Shown here one piece after another: positions 26,596-39,960 of a stretch of 64,000 nt of DNA. The DNA is from Octopus sinensis (lineage: Eukaryota), in assembly GCF_006345805.1 (NCBI RefSeq), contig NC_043018.1, forward strand, positions 28,210,001-28,274,000, in the 5' to 3' direction. Made by a program: the position numbers and the translations under genes. Each line of letters starts with the position of its first letter. Position 1 is the stretch's first letter. A model generated the notes under the pieces. The model saw only the letters and a list, made by a program, of their open reading frames with translations. It did not search any database and was not told where the DNA came from.

Positions 26596-26664
26596 CACCT
26601 GAAGATTGACTGTAACCATAAATCGAATTATTATAAATTGGACAGACATGAAACGATCGTAGTG
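26596..26664 (+). ncRNA. Minimal hammerhead ribozyme in a PLE terminal repeat (repeat ends at ~26890 in (TA)n)
   Basis: CAC CTGAAGA T TG.CTGT..CC...GG.ACAG.CA T GAAA CGATCG TA^GTG. ACGATCGT palindrome. Downstream sequence is homologous to 47040-47190 and 49205-49592. Confidence 0.7.
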
Positions 26665-26884
26665 TTTTAATCATTATCTTTTATTAATCTTTTAATACTT
26701 TTGATATATATTTAAAATAATATAAATTAATTAATTTTATGTATTGCCTTAAGTTTTTCATTGTTTGATTTGCCTAATAGTGGTTTTATCTCTAATTTAA
26801 TATAATATAATATTTTACTATAAAATTGGATTCAATCCTAACTCTGATTTTTCCCTGTAAGTTTGGATTTATTCCCTAATATTT

Positions 26885-26918
<34 letters not shown>

Positions 26919-27054
26919 TTGTGTATATAGTGTGTGTATTTATTGATGCATATGTTTATATAAATATACTTATTTATGAATATATATGTTTATATATGTA
27001 TATATATATATATAAACATATATATATATTTATGTGTGTTTGTATGTGTATACA

Positions 27055-27190
27055 TATATAGCCACTACACACATTTTTTCTCTCCTTGTTTTCTGTGTCC
27101 CTTTCTATTCCTGAGCGTTATACTAATACATCTGTTTGTTTTGTACACCACCTGTCTTCGTCTTTTGTTTTTTCGTAAACTCTCCTATAT
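27055..27190 (+). mobile_element. Family H copy lacking the HHR segment
   Basis: gtccctttct joined directly to attcctgagcgttatactaatac. In the other copies the HHR lies between two tttct repeats at this point. Confidence 0.75.
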
Positions 27191-27499
27191 ATATTCTAGC
27201 TGAATAGCCCGTCATTGCCGGTCAATTTTTACAATAGAATGTCATACATAAATTTTTGTATCTATTCCATATCACACCATGCCTTTCCCCAACAGACAGG
27301 CCTCTTGATCAGGCCAGATTTGTGCAATTATTCGCGAAACAACTTCATTGAGGATTTTTTTTTCATTTTTCAATTATTTACAAGTCTGTTCGGCCGATTC
27401 ACATGACTTCATTTAATAAAACTTATTAAAACTTCATTTAAAGTGGATTTCCGAGACGATCTCTCAGGATCAGACGCCAACTAAACCTGTAAGTATACA

Positions 27500-27532
27500 T
27501 ATAAATAGATTGTCAGATAGTGAGATAGATAA

Positions 27533-27604
<72 letters not shown>

Positions 27605-27950
27605 AAAGAGAGATATTTAGCTAGATAAAAAAGATAGATAGATAGAAAGACTGACAGTCAGACAGACAGATAGATAGATTGATTGATAGATAGTTAGATA
27701 GACAGACATACAGACTGACAGACAGAGTTTTCTAAGAGCGTATGTACATGTACACGCACGCACACACACACACAACCACACAGCAAATTTTTTATCAATA
27801 CCACGCGTATGTTAATATTCATCTCAATGCGAGCATATCTACTTGAAAGTGTGTGTGTGTGTGTGCGTGCGTGTGTGTGTGTTTGTGTGTGTGTGTGTGC
27901 ATGCGTGTGTGTGTGTGTGTCTACATGTGTGTAAGGACATATATATGTTC

Positions 27951-28011
<61 letters not shown>

Positions 28012-29272
28012 GAGGGAGAGAGAGGGGAGGAGAGGAAGAGAGGGAGGGAGGAAAGGAGGGCGGGAAAAAGGTAGGTAGTAAAGTACATGGATACTTAGAT
28101 ATACATAGAATTATACATATATGTATGCATGTAAGCGTCTATTCAAATATATATATGTATACGCCTATACATATACATGCATATACATCTATGTGTGCAT
28201 GAATGTGTATACATGTACATATGTTTCTATGCTCGTGTATGGGTTTGCATATTCATGTGTTTGAAACAATAGCACAGGTTAAAATCGTAATGGTTTTGAT
28301 GTTAGGTCAACGTGCTCATGTAGCTAATCAATAAGTATCGATTAGGCAATTATATGATTACTAAGAGTTAATTGATAAAATAATCGAAACGATCAAGGGA
28401 AAACACCCGAAGGTACCGTTGAGGCATGACCACGTTTCAATCTCAGAAACTGGCAATATAGCTTAGATATGAAATGTTGTGTGAGGATGTGTAATATAAG
28501 AGAAAGGAATAGCAAAATTTATTTGTAGAACAATCTGAAAAATGTAATTGGATGACAGATTTATCAATATATACGTTGAATTTTTATACAGTAAAATTTT
28601 ATCAGTATATATATTCAGTAAATATTATAGTTTAATATATAAGAAGATACTATACAAGCGCACATACACGTAGAAGCGTGTAGACACGGGCACACCTCAG
28701 TGCACCAAGGAATATATGCTCCCAAGCGTGCAGGTCGAAATAAATATAAAAGCATTTTCGTGCGGGCACAAGATAAATGTGTGTGTATGTAAGTTGTTTT
28801 GTAGTAAACATATAACTGTATACACTCATCTATTTTCTACTTTTCAAACAAATATAATTTTGCTACCTTGTTTGTTACTCATTTCTGAGTCAGTATGGAA
28901 GCACATAAACACACACACACACACACGCACACACATACACACACACAGACACACACACACACAAACAAATAGACATACACATATATGTTTACTTATATGT
29001 ATATATATGCATCTACATATTCCTATGTATATCCATGTGTATACATATATGTGCATATATATATGTATATACGAACGCACACATACACATACAGACAAAC
29101 AGACATACACATATGAGTTTACTTGTATATATGTATATAAATATATATATACATGTGTATCTACATATTTTTATGTATGTCTATGTGTGTACATACACAT
29201 ACATACATTCATACACACACATACACACATATATATATGTATGTGTGTATACACACACACACACATACACAC

Positions 29273-29325
<53 letters not shown>

Positions 29326-29655
29326 CACACACACACACACACGCACATATATATACTTAAAGAGAGACAGATACATGTATAAATATATATATATATAAAT
29401 GTTTATGATATATGTTTATGTGTATATATGCTTAAATATATCTAGGTTTATATATATATATATATAATACATGAGTGTCTGAGTGTGTGTGTATGTGTGT
29501 GTGCAATGTGATACAAATTGCTTTAAAATAATATATGAATTATTTAACGCGGAACTGAAAAAGAATCCTGAATAAACGCATACAAATACACTAACATGCA
29601 CACACATTGTAATATATAAGCACAAGTAAGCATACATACGTACATACATACATAT

Positions 29656-29725
<70 letters not shown>

Positions 29726-29889
29726 TATAAGCATATATATATATGTATATATATGTATGAGTGTATATGTCAATCTATGTCTACCTGTATATAGCACCCT
29801 CTCCAATTCCCTCTCTTTTTCTCCCTCCTCTCTCTCCCTCGTCTGTCCTTCTCTCTCTCTTTCTTTCGTTCTCTCTCTCTCACTCTCTT

Positions 29890-29934
<45 letters not shown>

Positions 29935-30403
29935 AAATATGGTGCTATACGAATAAGCATATATGTACATGTGTGCTAGTCCGTGCTTGTTTGTGAGTTT
30001 GTGTGTATGTGTGTGTGTATCTCTGTGTTTATGTGTATGCATCTGTGTGTGTGTGTATATATATATGTATATATATATATATATAGATATATATATATAT
30101 ACATGTGTGTGTGTGTGTATATATGCACACACACACACATATATATATATATACATACAGATAATTCATACATACATATTTATGCATGCGTAAAAGCACA
30201 AATGCACGCACACACACATATATATATATACTCATACATATTCACAAATATAGATGCATACACTTAAATCTATATGTGTGCGACGGTGTGCATACCCACC
30301 TATGAATAAATTATATATATATATATATATATACATACAGATAATTCATACATACATATTTATGCATGCGTAAAAGCACAAATGCACACACACACACATA
30401 CAC

Positions 30404-30452
<49 letters not shown>

Positions 30453-30489
30453 CATGTGTGTGTGTGTGTATATATGCACACACACACAC

Positions 30490-30521
<32 letters not shown>

Positions 30522-30528
30522 TATATAT

Positions 30529-30596
<68 letters not shown>

Positions 30597-30776
30597 ATTT
30601 GTGATACGTATACACATATGTAAGTATGTGTGTATGCATGTATATATACATTCATACGTACATACATGGATATATATATACATGTGTGTGTGTGTGTATA
30701 TATATATGTATGTCTGTCTGTTTGTATGTATGCATGTATACATACACATTCGTATCCATACTGATGCGCACACATG

Positions 30777-30842
<66 letters not shown>

Positions 30843-30901
30843 TAGATAGATAGATAGATAGATAAATTGACAGACACACAGACAGATAGATAGATAGATA
30901 A

Positions 30902-30970
<69 letters not shown>

Positions 30971-31170
30971 CAAACAGACAGATAGATAAATATATATATA
31001 CATACAGATAATTCATACATACATATTTATGCATGCGTAAAAGCACAAATGCACACACACACACATATATATATACTCATACATATTCACAAATATAGAT
31101 GCATACACTTAAATCTATATGTGTGCGACGGTGTGCATACCCACCTATGAATAAATTATATATATATATA
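27500..31170. repeat. Compound microsatellite block (GATA, TG, TA, GA) with internal segment duplications
   Basis: Direct inspection. The segment catacagataattcatac...atgaataaatt recurs at ~30153, partly at ~30333, and at ~31003. Confidence 0.9.
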
Positions 31171-31799
31171 TGGTGAGAGAATACACTTTTAGTTGTGAAC
31201 CTTTTGTTCTGGTTGTGTTTTTGAATTGCATGTTTACTGACATACAACTGACACATCATGTCATTTCTGAAAATACGTGTTTCTATTTATTTTCTAACAT
31301 TAATATTTAACCTAAAAGGTTATTCTTTAGGAATATATTTCTCATTTGCTCTATGGTGTATTCCATAATCATACGCCTTTTCAGTATTGTTTCTCCCCGA
31401 CATTTTTCTGTTTATCTTTTTTTTTTTTTTAATTATGAGTTTAAAAGCCGGATGTGTCTGGGATGCTGCCGAAAACATGTATGTGTGATTGTGGGCCTGT
31501 GTGAACGAATCTATGCTCTTTATATTAAGAATATTCTTATTTATATCGCTTTCAAATTTTGGTATAAGGTCGGCAATATCAGGGTGAAGGGTAACTGATA
31601 GCGACCCTGAAAGATCGAAAGACAAAGTCGACCACTGCGGTATTCGAACGCAGAGCAGGCAGTCAAAAGAAATATCTCTTAGCAATTTTCCCGGTGCGGT
31701 AACTATTCTCATTTATATGTTCTTATTTATATAGGCTTCAAATTTTGACCCACTGCGAACAATTTCGAGGATGGGGATTACGTGCTCAAATAGTATTTA

Positions 31800-32195
31800 T
31801 CTTTAAATATAAAAGTCAAGTTGTGTGTCTGTCTCCTACGATTTAGATTCCTAACTACTCCCACATTTTGTGGTGCAGTTTAACCAAAACAGGGTATCTT
31901 ATAGTCGTGATTCATATCGAGCCCTTCTGGGTATTAGCGCGCGTCTACGATGAGTCTACGATTTAAAAAAAAAATTAACATCATTTTTTCCATTTTAATG
32001 CATTTTTCGCTATTATATAAGGGAAGTAACTCTCTAAAAATGTCTACGATGAGTCAACGATTTAAAAAAAATTTACCATCATTTTTTTCCCATTTTTAAT
32101 GCATTCTTTTGCTATTTTTTTGGCTATAACTCTCTAAAATTGCATATATAGTTATTTCCCTTACAAACACGAGCAACGCCGGGCGATACTGCTAG
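31800..32195 (+). mobile_element. Non-autonomous Helitron with internal ~100 bp duplication
   Basis: A|TC start at 31800. 3' hairpin cgagcaacgccggg and CTAG|T at 32192-32196. Confidence 0.8.
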
Positions 32196-32349
32196 TTTTA
32201 TATATTCGCAAAGCATGAACGGCAAAGTGAACCTCGGTGCTATTTGAATGCGAAGACGGATAAAATGCCGCTGAGATAAAACCCAGCGTATTAATGATTC
32301 TGCCAGGTCACTACCCTCGTATTCTAAATTATATTAATACGTATTTTAT

Positions 32350-32730
32350 TTCCTTTTATTATCTCCATCTTAGCAAAGGTGGAGGTATTTTTTCAGTCGC
32401 GTTTCTTTATTTGTCTTTGGACAAGATATCTCAAAAACAGTTGTATGGATTCAGATGAAACTTTCAGGGATGTTTGGCCTTGCGATGGGAACGAACTGAT
32501 TAGATTTTGGGATTGATGCATTACAAGACAAGGATTCTGGATTATTTTTCTTGTTCTTTTACTGAATTTTTGAGGGCGCTCGGGTTAATTTTTAGTATTC
32601 TCGTTTGTGAGAGCAGTCAAGTTTATTTCAGATATTCTAATTTTGAAAATCATCTCTGGCTAATTGTTGGGAGGAAGTTGGTGTTGCCTTGGCGGAGGTA
32701 TACGCTCTCTGCATGCTCTTGTTCAATCTT
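32350..32730 (+). mobile_element. Helentron-type non-autonomous element (HINE-like)
   Basis: 3' end ccttggcggaggtatacgctctctgcatgct and internal caagatatctcaaaaa...atgaaactttcaggg, typical of this class. The 5' subterminal repeat is decayed. Confidence 0.5.
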
Positions 32731-32949
32731 AAGTTGGTGATAAATTATGGAGCTGGAAATATCATGAAGGAGGGTGATCAAAACGATTGTACACAGTAAA
32801 TTATCTGAGCTTGTGTAACAGGTTAATATTTGTCTGTGTAAGGCAGTGAGCTGGCAGTATTGTTCCCGTGACTGGTAAAATGCTTAGCGGCATTTCATCC
32901 CACTTTACATTCTGAGTTCAAATTTCGCTGGATGGGACCACTCTCAGTG

Positions 32950-33990
32950 TAGACCTGTCAGTCGGAAAGAAGGTGTTGGAGAGGGCTTTGCCCTTGGTAT
33001 TTAGGGTGATCTCGGATGGTGGTGTTCCTTGATTGTCGCTATAGGTCCTCTTGTATCAGGGGCCCCCATTCTTAACTAATTCCCGTATTTTCCAGGGTGG
33101 ATTGTTGGAAGTCCCGTTAATGTACTTATGAAATGGTTCAAATAATCCAATATGAAGACAGAAAGTAGCGTCAAGAAAATTTACTCTACCATAATCTTTA
33201 CTCATAGTAATGTTTAGTCCTAAGATTTTAAAAAGTCTTAAGAAATTTTTCCTGTGCTTTTATAATTGCACTTTGCTACTTCTGTCCAGAAAAAATAAAG
33301 CATCATCCCTATATAGACGCCCTGATACTTTCCGAAAGGAAGACTGAATTAATGAAAGGATATATATTCCGACTAGTTCAGCGACCTGTGCAGAATTGTA
33401 TGAGCCCATTGCTATAACAAATGCATTCTCCCTATCTAATTTACTCCATAATCTACCATCGGAATTTCCTAGAGTGGCTCGTGCAGCAAGTATAATATCT
33501 ATTTCGCGTCGAGACAAATCGGAATTTTTGATGCTATAAATCAGGGTTCTACTATGGACGATCAGTTTAATAGTGGCATAATAGTTCTCTATATCTAGTT
33601 ACAAGCAGTTAATATTTCTAGAAGCTTGAACCATCCAGCCACCTCTTTGATATCGGACCAGAGGACTAATCTAATTTTAGACTTAAGGGTGGGTATCAAT
33701 GATTTTTGTAAAGTAATAATACCTATATCAGATTTAGATGGACAAATTAATCTAACAGGGAGGTCAAAAAGAAAAATTAGATTTATGGTCCTTAAGCAAA
33801 ATTTGGGGTTTTCGAGGGACGTAGGACTCGGTTCTATCCTCTATAGCTAAATCTCTGACGATTTGTATCCCGGAATTGTGGATTCTTTTTTAATACTTTG
33901 TTACTAGCTTATCTATATTTCCAGGTAGGTAGGGTGGTAGGTAGGAACGTAGGAAGATATATACATATATAGCTTTTATAATTTTATGAA
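32950..33990 (-). mobile_element. Decayed Penelope-like RT
   Basis: LKDHKSNFLFDLPVRLICPSKSDIG, AMGSYNSAQVAELVGIYIL, GRLYRDD, VNFLDATF. Confidence 0.85.
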
Positions 33991-34279
33991 CTGAACTATG
34001 GTTTGAATTATTATTTTTCATCTCCCTATGTGTTAGTTTTTTAAAACTATTAGCCAAATATGTATAATAACTGTGCTTATTAATATTAATATATACACTG
34101 ATATATATTTTGTTTTATTTTGTTTTGTTTACCTTGCATTATTGTACCAATGAGTATTATATCATATAAGTGTAGCATTATGAAGTTTATGCATAAGTTT
34201 TTATATTTTACATTTTTATATTTTTATATTTATATGTATATGGAAAAATAATTTTTTTCACAATTATAACAAATTTAAT

Positions 34280-34389
34280 TCTCTGAAGAGGCCGTGGGGC
34301 ATCCTTGTTAATGCCTCATTTATACCTGCCTTTATGGCTTATAGGTTAAATGAGGTATGACTGCCCTCGCTGCCGAAACAGCTGTCAGA
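34280..34389 (+). ncRNA. Type I hammerhead ribozyme with long helix II in an inverted pLTR
   Basis: TCT CTGAAGA GGC...(ATGCCTCATTTA/TAAATGAGGTAT)...GCC GAAA CAGCTG TC^AGA. ACAGCTGT palindrome, GUC site at 34384-34386. Confidence 0.8.
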
Positions 34390-34574
34390 TGTGATTTAAT
34401 TACATATTATATTTGAAATTTTATACTTATATCTCTTTGTCTATTTACATTTACTGTATATTTTGTATAATGCCTTTACTGATTTGTAATGGTGTAATAA
34501 AGTAATGTTTGGGTATAATCTGATAGTTGATGTTTTATTGATTTAAGTATGTTTCTCCATTTTCTAATTTGGTA

Positions 34575-34613
<39 letters not shown>

Positions 34614-34679
34614 TAGATAGATAGATAGATAGATATATAGATATATAGATAGATAGATAGATAGATGGATAGATAGGTT

Positions 34680-34724
<45 letters not shown>

Positions 34725-35220
34725 CTTTTTATTGTAGCCACACAGGGCTAAACACAGAATAAAAATGGACGAAATACAATATAGAATTTTTTCTTTTCGA
34801 GGTGGGATGGGTGGGGCACAAAAAAACCCCAAAAATACACGTTTAATCAATAGGGATCTGTGGGTTGTGTGGTGTATAAAAAGGCAATATATATATATAT
34901 ATATATAAGGTTCGCAGTTTAGGTGTAGCCTTGGAAAGAAAAACCTACAAAAAAGACCAAGGCCACCTCAGACAATTCGAAAAAGAACTCATGAGTAAGT
35001 CGCCTTACTTCTCTGTCTCTTTTGGTTACAAATTTATGCTTAAAATAGTGTCGTCTTTCATACTGACCATTTTTGCCACTTTTACCCACTTTTTATTAAA
35101 ACATTCGTTCGACAAAGCCTTCCTCTCTATTCTCATCCTCCTTTTCAAGTGGTACTTGAAAAAGTTGACGAGAGACTGACCAGAGAGGAAGGTGTTTGTT
35201 TGCAGTCCTTTCAAACGCGT

Positions 35221-36732
35221 CTACCACACACATTCTTTCGCCATAGCCATCAGCGTAACGAAAACCGTTTTCCCTTCCCGTTTAAAGGAAGGTGGTGGAA
35301 CAACATCCTCGATAGACTCGGCCGATAGGCGAGCCCGACCTACACGTGACAACAGCTGTTCGACGAAGGGCCACAGCTCTGAAATATCTGGACACTGCAC
35401 GAGTGCGTGCAGAACGGTTTCGTCGCTCTGACCGCATCTCGGGCAGGTCGGTCCGGTGATGGTTTTCGAACCGTATCTGTAGTTCTTCTCTCGAACAGGT
35501 AGTGCGTCTCGATAGCACTGCAAAGCCAGGGATTTCTGGAAGTTATCCATAGGCCCCGGCCCGAACGTCGTCCTGAACAGGCGGGTTAGGAATTCTTCGT
35601 CGACGCCCAGGTTTGCCCCGAGTGTGTCGTCGAACCTCCCCTCCACTAGTCCTCTATAGAACGCTTTAGTCGTTTGTAAGATGCACAAGTTTGACCCCGG
35701 TCGGCAGAGCTGCTGTAGAGCTTGGCGACACTCTCGGTGCCAATCGCCCAGTTTCGGTCTCTTTTTGATCCACGCTTGCAGTTCGGTCAGTGAGACGAGC
35801 TGCGGGAAGTCGCGCCTCACAAACGGCGCCCACACCTGTTCACCGTCGTCGATGAATTTCCAGAGATGTCGCAGTCTCAGCGCATGCCAGCGCATCATCA
35901 ACCACGGCATGTCCAGTCCTCCATTCAACGGATGTTGACAGCAAATGGACTTCCTCACCATCGGAACGCCACCCTTCCACAGGAAGCGGAAGAGTATGCG
36001 TTCCAGTTTGGTGATGGTGGCGTCGGGACAAGGTACGACGGTCAGGCGGTAATCGATGACGGATGCGATGTACGCGTTCGCCACCTCCGCCCGGCTTTTT
36101 AGAGACAGCTTTCTCTCGGCCCATGTGTGGCTGAGAGCCACCACTCTACTCGTGATCTCGTCCCAGTTCTTATCCATTTGGAGGTCCGGACTGAACCAGA
36201 CCCCGAGCAATTTAACCGGTCCGTCCGTCCAGCGTCCCACTACTGAGCCGCAGTCGGACGGCATGGGCTTGCTTCTCCAGGTGCCGAGTAGCAAACCCAC
36301 TGACTTTTCCGGGTTAATCTTTGCTCCCGTCACCGTTTCGTATTTTCTCAGTGTCTCGCCAATCATCTTGAAGTGTTTGTCGCTCGACACTATGACGGTG
36401 ACATCGTCCGCATATGCCGACACGCTCGTCCCGCAACCCAGTTCCCGTGGGATACCCCTCAGAGTCGCCAGCTTCCGCAGTAGCGGCTCAAGAGTCAATA
36501 CATACAGAAGCGCCGACAGGAGACACCCCTGACGGACCGAACGCGTGATGTCAAACGGTTTCGACAGGTGACCGTTCACCCGAATCACCGATCGGATGCC
36601 GCTATACAAGGCAGCGATCCAACCGCGGAAGACGGGACCGAAGCCAGCCGCCCTGAGGACGGCCGCCAAGTACCGATGGTCGACCCTATCGAAGGCTTTA
36701 GACTGATCCAAATTTATCAGCGCCCCACCCAT
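35221..36732 (-). pseudogene. L1/Tx1-like ORF2 RT and zinc-knuckle segment (503 aa open)
   Basis: From the ORF track. The upstream part of ORF2 is broken into frameshifted pieces (36717-37055, 36971-37483, 37827-38369). Confidence 0.85.
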
Positions 36733-38449
36733 GCCAGGATCCTTACTACCCTGTCCACAATGTAGCGCATCAGATGGAGGTTGTCATGTATGGTTCTGCC
36801 CGGCACGGCGCATGTTTGCGCCCTGTCGACCAGTTTACCAATGACAAGCGCCAACCTCTCGGCTTTGGCCAAAATTTTCAAATCTGCGTTGAGCAGAGTG
36901 ATGGGCCTGAAATTATCTATAAAATTCCCCTTCTTTGGGTCTTTCTTCAGCAACGTTACTGCACCTCGGCTCACGAAACCGGGGATTCTCCCGTTTTGTT
37001 GCCAGTTGCAGTAGACTGATGCCAAGAGGTCGCCAAACAATCTGGCATTCGACAATAGAGCTCGTAGAGTAAACCATCCAATCCAGGCGACTTATCCCTC
37101 GCGCAGCCCGCCATCGCATCCCACACGTCAGCGGCTGTGATGGGACTTTCACAACACTCCGCTTCTCTTGCCGAGAGCCGCGGCAGGTCGGTCAGGTAGG
37201 CACTGAAATCCATCCCGCGTTCCGACCCACCACTCGCACCAAACAGTCGAGCAAAGTGCTGTTGAAAGGCCTCACACATCCTTTCGGGTTCGAGTAAACT
37301 GCATCCCTGTTGATCTATTAGAGACCGAATGGTGGCTCTGTTGCCACGCTGCGCCTCCGCTACCCGGGCCTCTCGCGCAGCTTCGATCCCTTCGTTCCTT
37401 AAGGCACGCATTTTAGCTCTGACGACGCAACCTTCATGCTTGGCATTGAGGTGTTGGCCGAGGGCCATCCTCGCAGCCAGCACGTTGGTTGCGCTGCCAG
37501 TGGTAAGTGCCTCTTCTAGTTTCTTAACCAGTCTCCCTACTCTACTCTATTTCGTTCTATCGCTAATTCCTTGCTAAACCTAATTGATTCCGATTTTATT
37601 GCCATTTTCAGGCGTACCACCAGCGGTTGTTAACGACGGCTCCCGTCAGCGCCCTCTTAATTAACTCGCTAATCCGGTTCCTGTAAACATGTCGCGCTAA
37701 CAGCGACGTGTTCAGTTTCCATAACCGGGACCCTGCCTATGTGTTTTATCTAAGTCGAGCGTACACGTAACAATTTTGTGATCTCTGTAGCTGACTATTT
37801 TAAATTGTGGACATCCTACACTATCCCTATCCGCTGTCCTGCATAAGAATTCTATCTAGATAAGATCGCGACGATCCGACGCGTTTTGTCCAAGTCCACG
37901 TTGGCACGTTCGGATGGTCGAGTCGGAACCTGTCAGACAAATGGAAACGTCTGAGCAGGTCTTTGAGGCTTTTACACCCCCTTCTATTCCTATCCCTTCC
38001 CACTAATCTAGATGCGTGTCCAAGGTAGCGTTCCAATCCCCTACTAACAGTAAGGTCTAGACGTACCCAGGAAAACCTCTAGACATCTGAAGAAATCCGC
38101 CCGACCCGTTAAGAACGGTGCATAAACTGCCGTCAGACGGAATGCACACCCATTTCTGCCATCCACGTCCGAGACACCCAGCCTACCCTCCTGGTCTGGG
38201 AATATTTGCTCTTATTTTTACATTTAGACTCTTTCGAAAAGCACCGCGGTACCTCCACCACCCATGTTCGGCAGACAGGGAGAAAAATAAATGTCAAATT
38301 GATTGCCAACATGGACTCGAGGGCCCGCGGCTTACTGAGTCTGGTTTCACTGATAGCTACTATATCCACATTCAGTGACTTGATGCTCGTTTAGAAGTAA
38401 CCTTGCTGCAAGCCGACGCAAGCCACGCGCATTCACACAACCTAATTTA

Positions 38450-39960
38450 AGCATACTTGACATTTACGAAAATTGTGTTTTACACACTACATTAGAAGAG
38501 ACAAGAGGCAAGAGGGGAGGTCACTTACTCATTTTAAAAGTTTCTTTTTTTTCTTCTTCTTTTGTATTGTTTTTTTGAATGTGTTTGTATAGTTTTTTCG
38601 ACAGGTATCGTTGAAACCCGCCTACCACGCATTCGGAAATATTGTTTTCAGTATGTGGTGTTGTGCTTGTGCTATGTGTAAAATCTGATGTGTGTCGGTG
38701 GTGTGGTGTGGGCGATGATTGTTTGTCTTAAAGTCATCTTCACAAATGACCGTGCTGGAGTGATGTAGTCCATTAATTCTTTATTGTCTGTGTCTATTGC
38801 AGTTAGTTGTGTGTGTGGTTTTACGGTTTCATTGCTTTTTTGATTGTCTAGGGGGATGTTGTCCGAGTTAGATATCTCCCCCTGTTACTTCCTGTTTGGG
38901 GGATTTTTGGATCTTTTGCCTTTTACTCCCTGTGGCTATTTGCCATTCCGTCGAACTTTCGTCGTCCGACGTATCAGTAAAGTAAAGGCAAAGCATTTGC
39001 ATTACTATGTATGCTTGTAAAAATTGTTGATGTTTTTTGTGCGGTGTTTGTGTTGTTGTGGATTAGGGGTAGAATTTGTCTTCTCGTCACTGTTTTCTGT
39101 CTTTTTAATTGTCGTCCTGGGTGTGGGTGTGGGTCTATTTTTGTTGATTCAACATGTTTATTGGTTGTGACGTCAACGGTGATTGTGTTGGTCTGTTTCT
39201 TTTCTTGGTGATGTTGGTCGAGGTTTGTTTGCTGGTTTGTTGTTTTCTTCTTGGCATTTTCCATAATTGAGTGTGTTGGTGTTGGTGTTGCAACAAGGGT
39301 TTGTTTTGTTTGTTTCTGATTTGTTCTTTCTTGTTTTTTCTGTACCAGAGCGCACTTGGCAATTAAATGTTCGGGGCTCATTATGTTTTTTAAGCATTTT
39401 TCTACATCCGTTTTTGTAATCTGTTCATATTTAGTTTTTTGTTTTTTCTTATAATTTTATAAATAATTGTCTTATTTCTATTTCCTTGCTTTATGTGTTG
39501 AGGTGTAGCAGCACTAAATCTGTCCACGGGTTGTAAAGAGAGCTCTTGTTTCTATGAGCTCTTCATTTGTAAATGTTACCATCTCCTTCTTCTGGCGAAG
39601 AGTGTCAGCGAAATTTACTGGTGTTGTTGACTTTTTTGTATTAACATCTTCACTATTAGATAGTTCATTTTTATTGTTGTTCTTGTTGTTGCTGTTGTTT
39701 TTTTCAATAGTTTTCGTGTGAGTTTTATTTTTATCATTTATGTTGGTCGTGGTAGTGGTGGTGGTGGTGGTAGTGGTGGAGGTGGTGGCGGTAGCAGTAG
39801 TAGTCTCGTGGTTGCTGTTGTTAGTGGTGGTGGTGGTGATGACAGGGCTGTTACCGCACGTGGTTGCAGCGTTCATTCCACCGATAATCATGTTTGCACT
39901 TTGCGTGCCTACGTTCTTTTTTTCTCCTAGCGTTTCCAGACTAGGAAAATGCTGGTCCAT
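38450..39960 (-). pseudogene. Decayed ORF1 of the L1/Tx1-like element (Thr/Asn-rich)
   Basis: ORF pieces 39514-39960 and 38974-39381 lie directly upstream of the APE domain. No diagnostic domain recognised. Confidence 0.5.
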
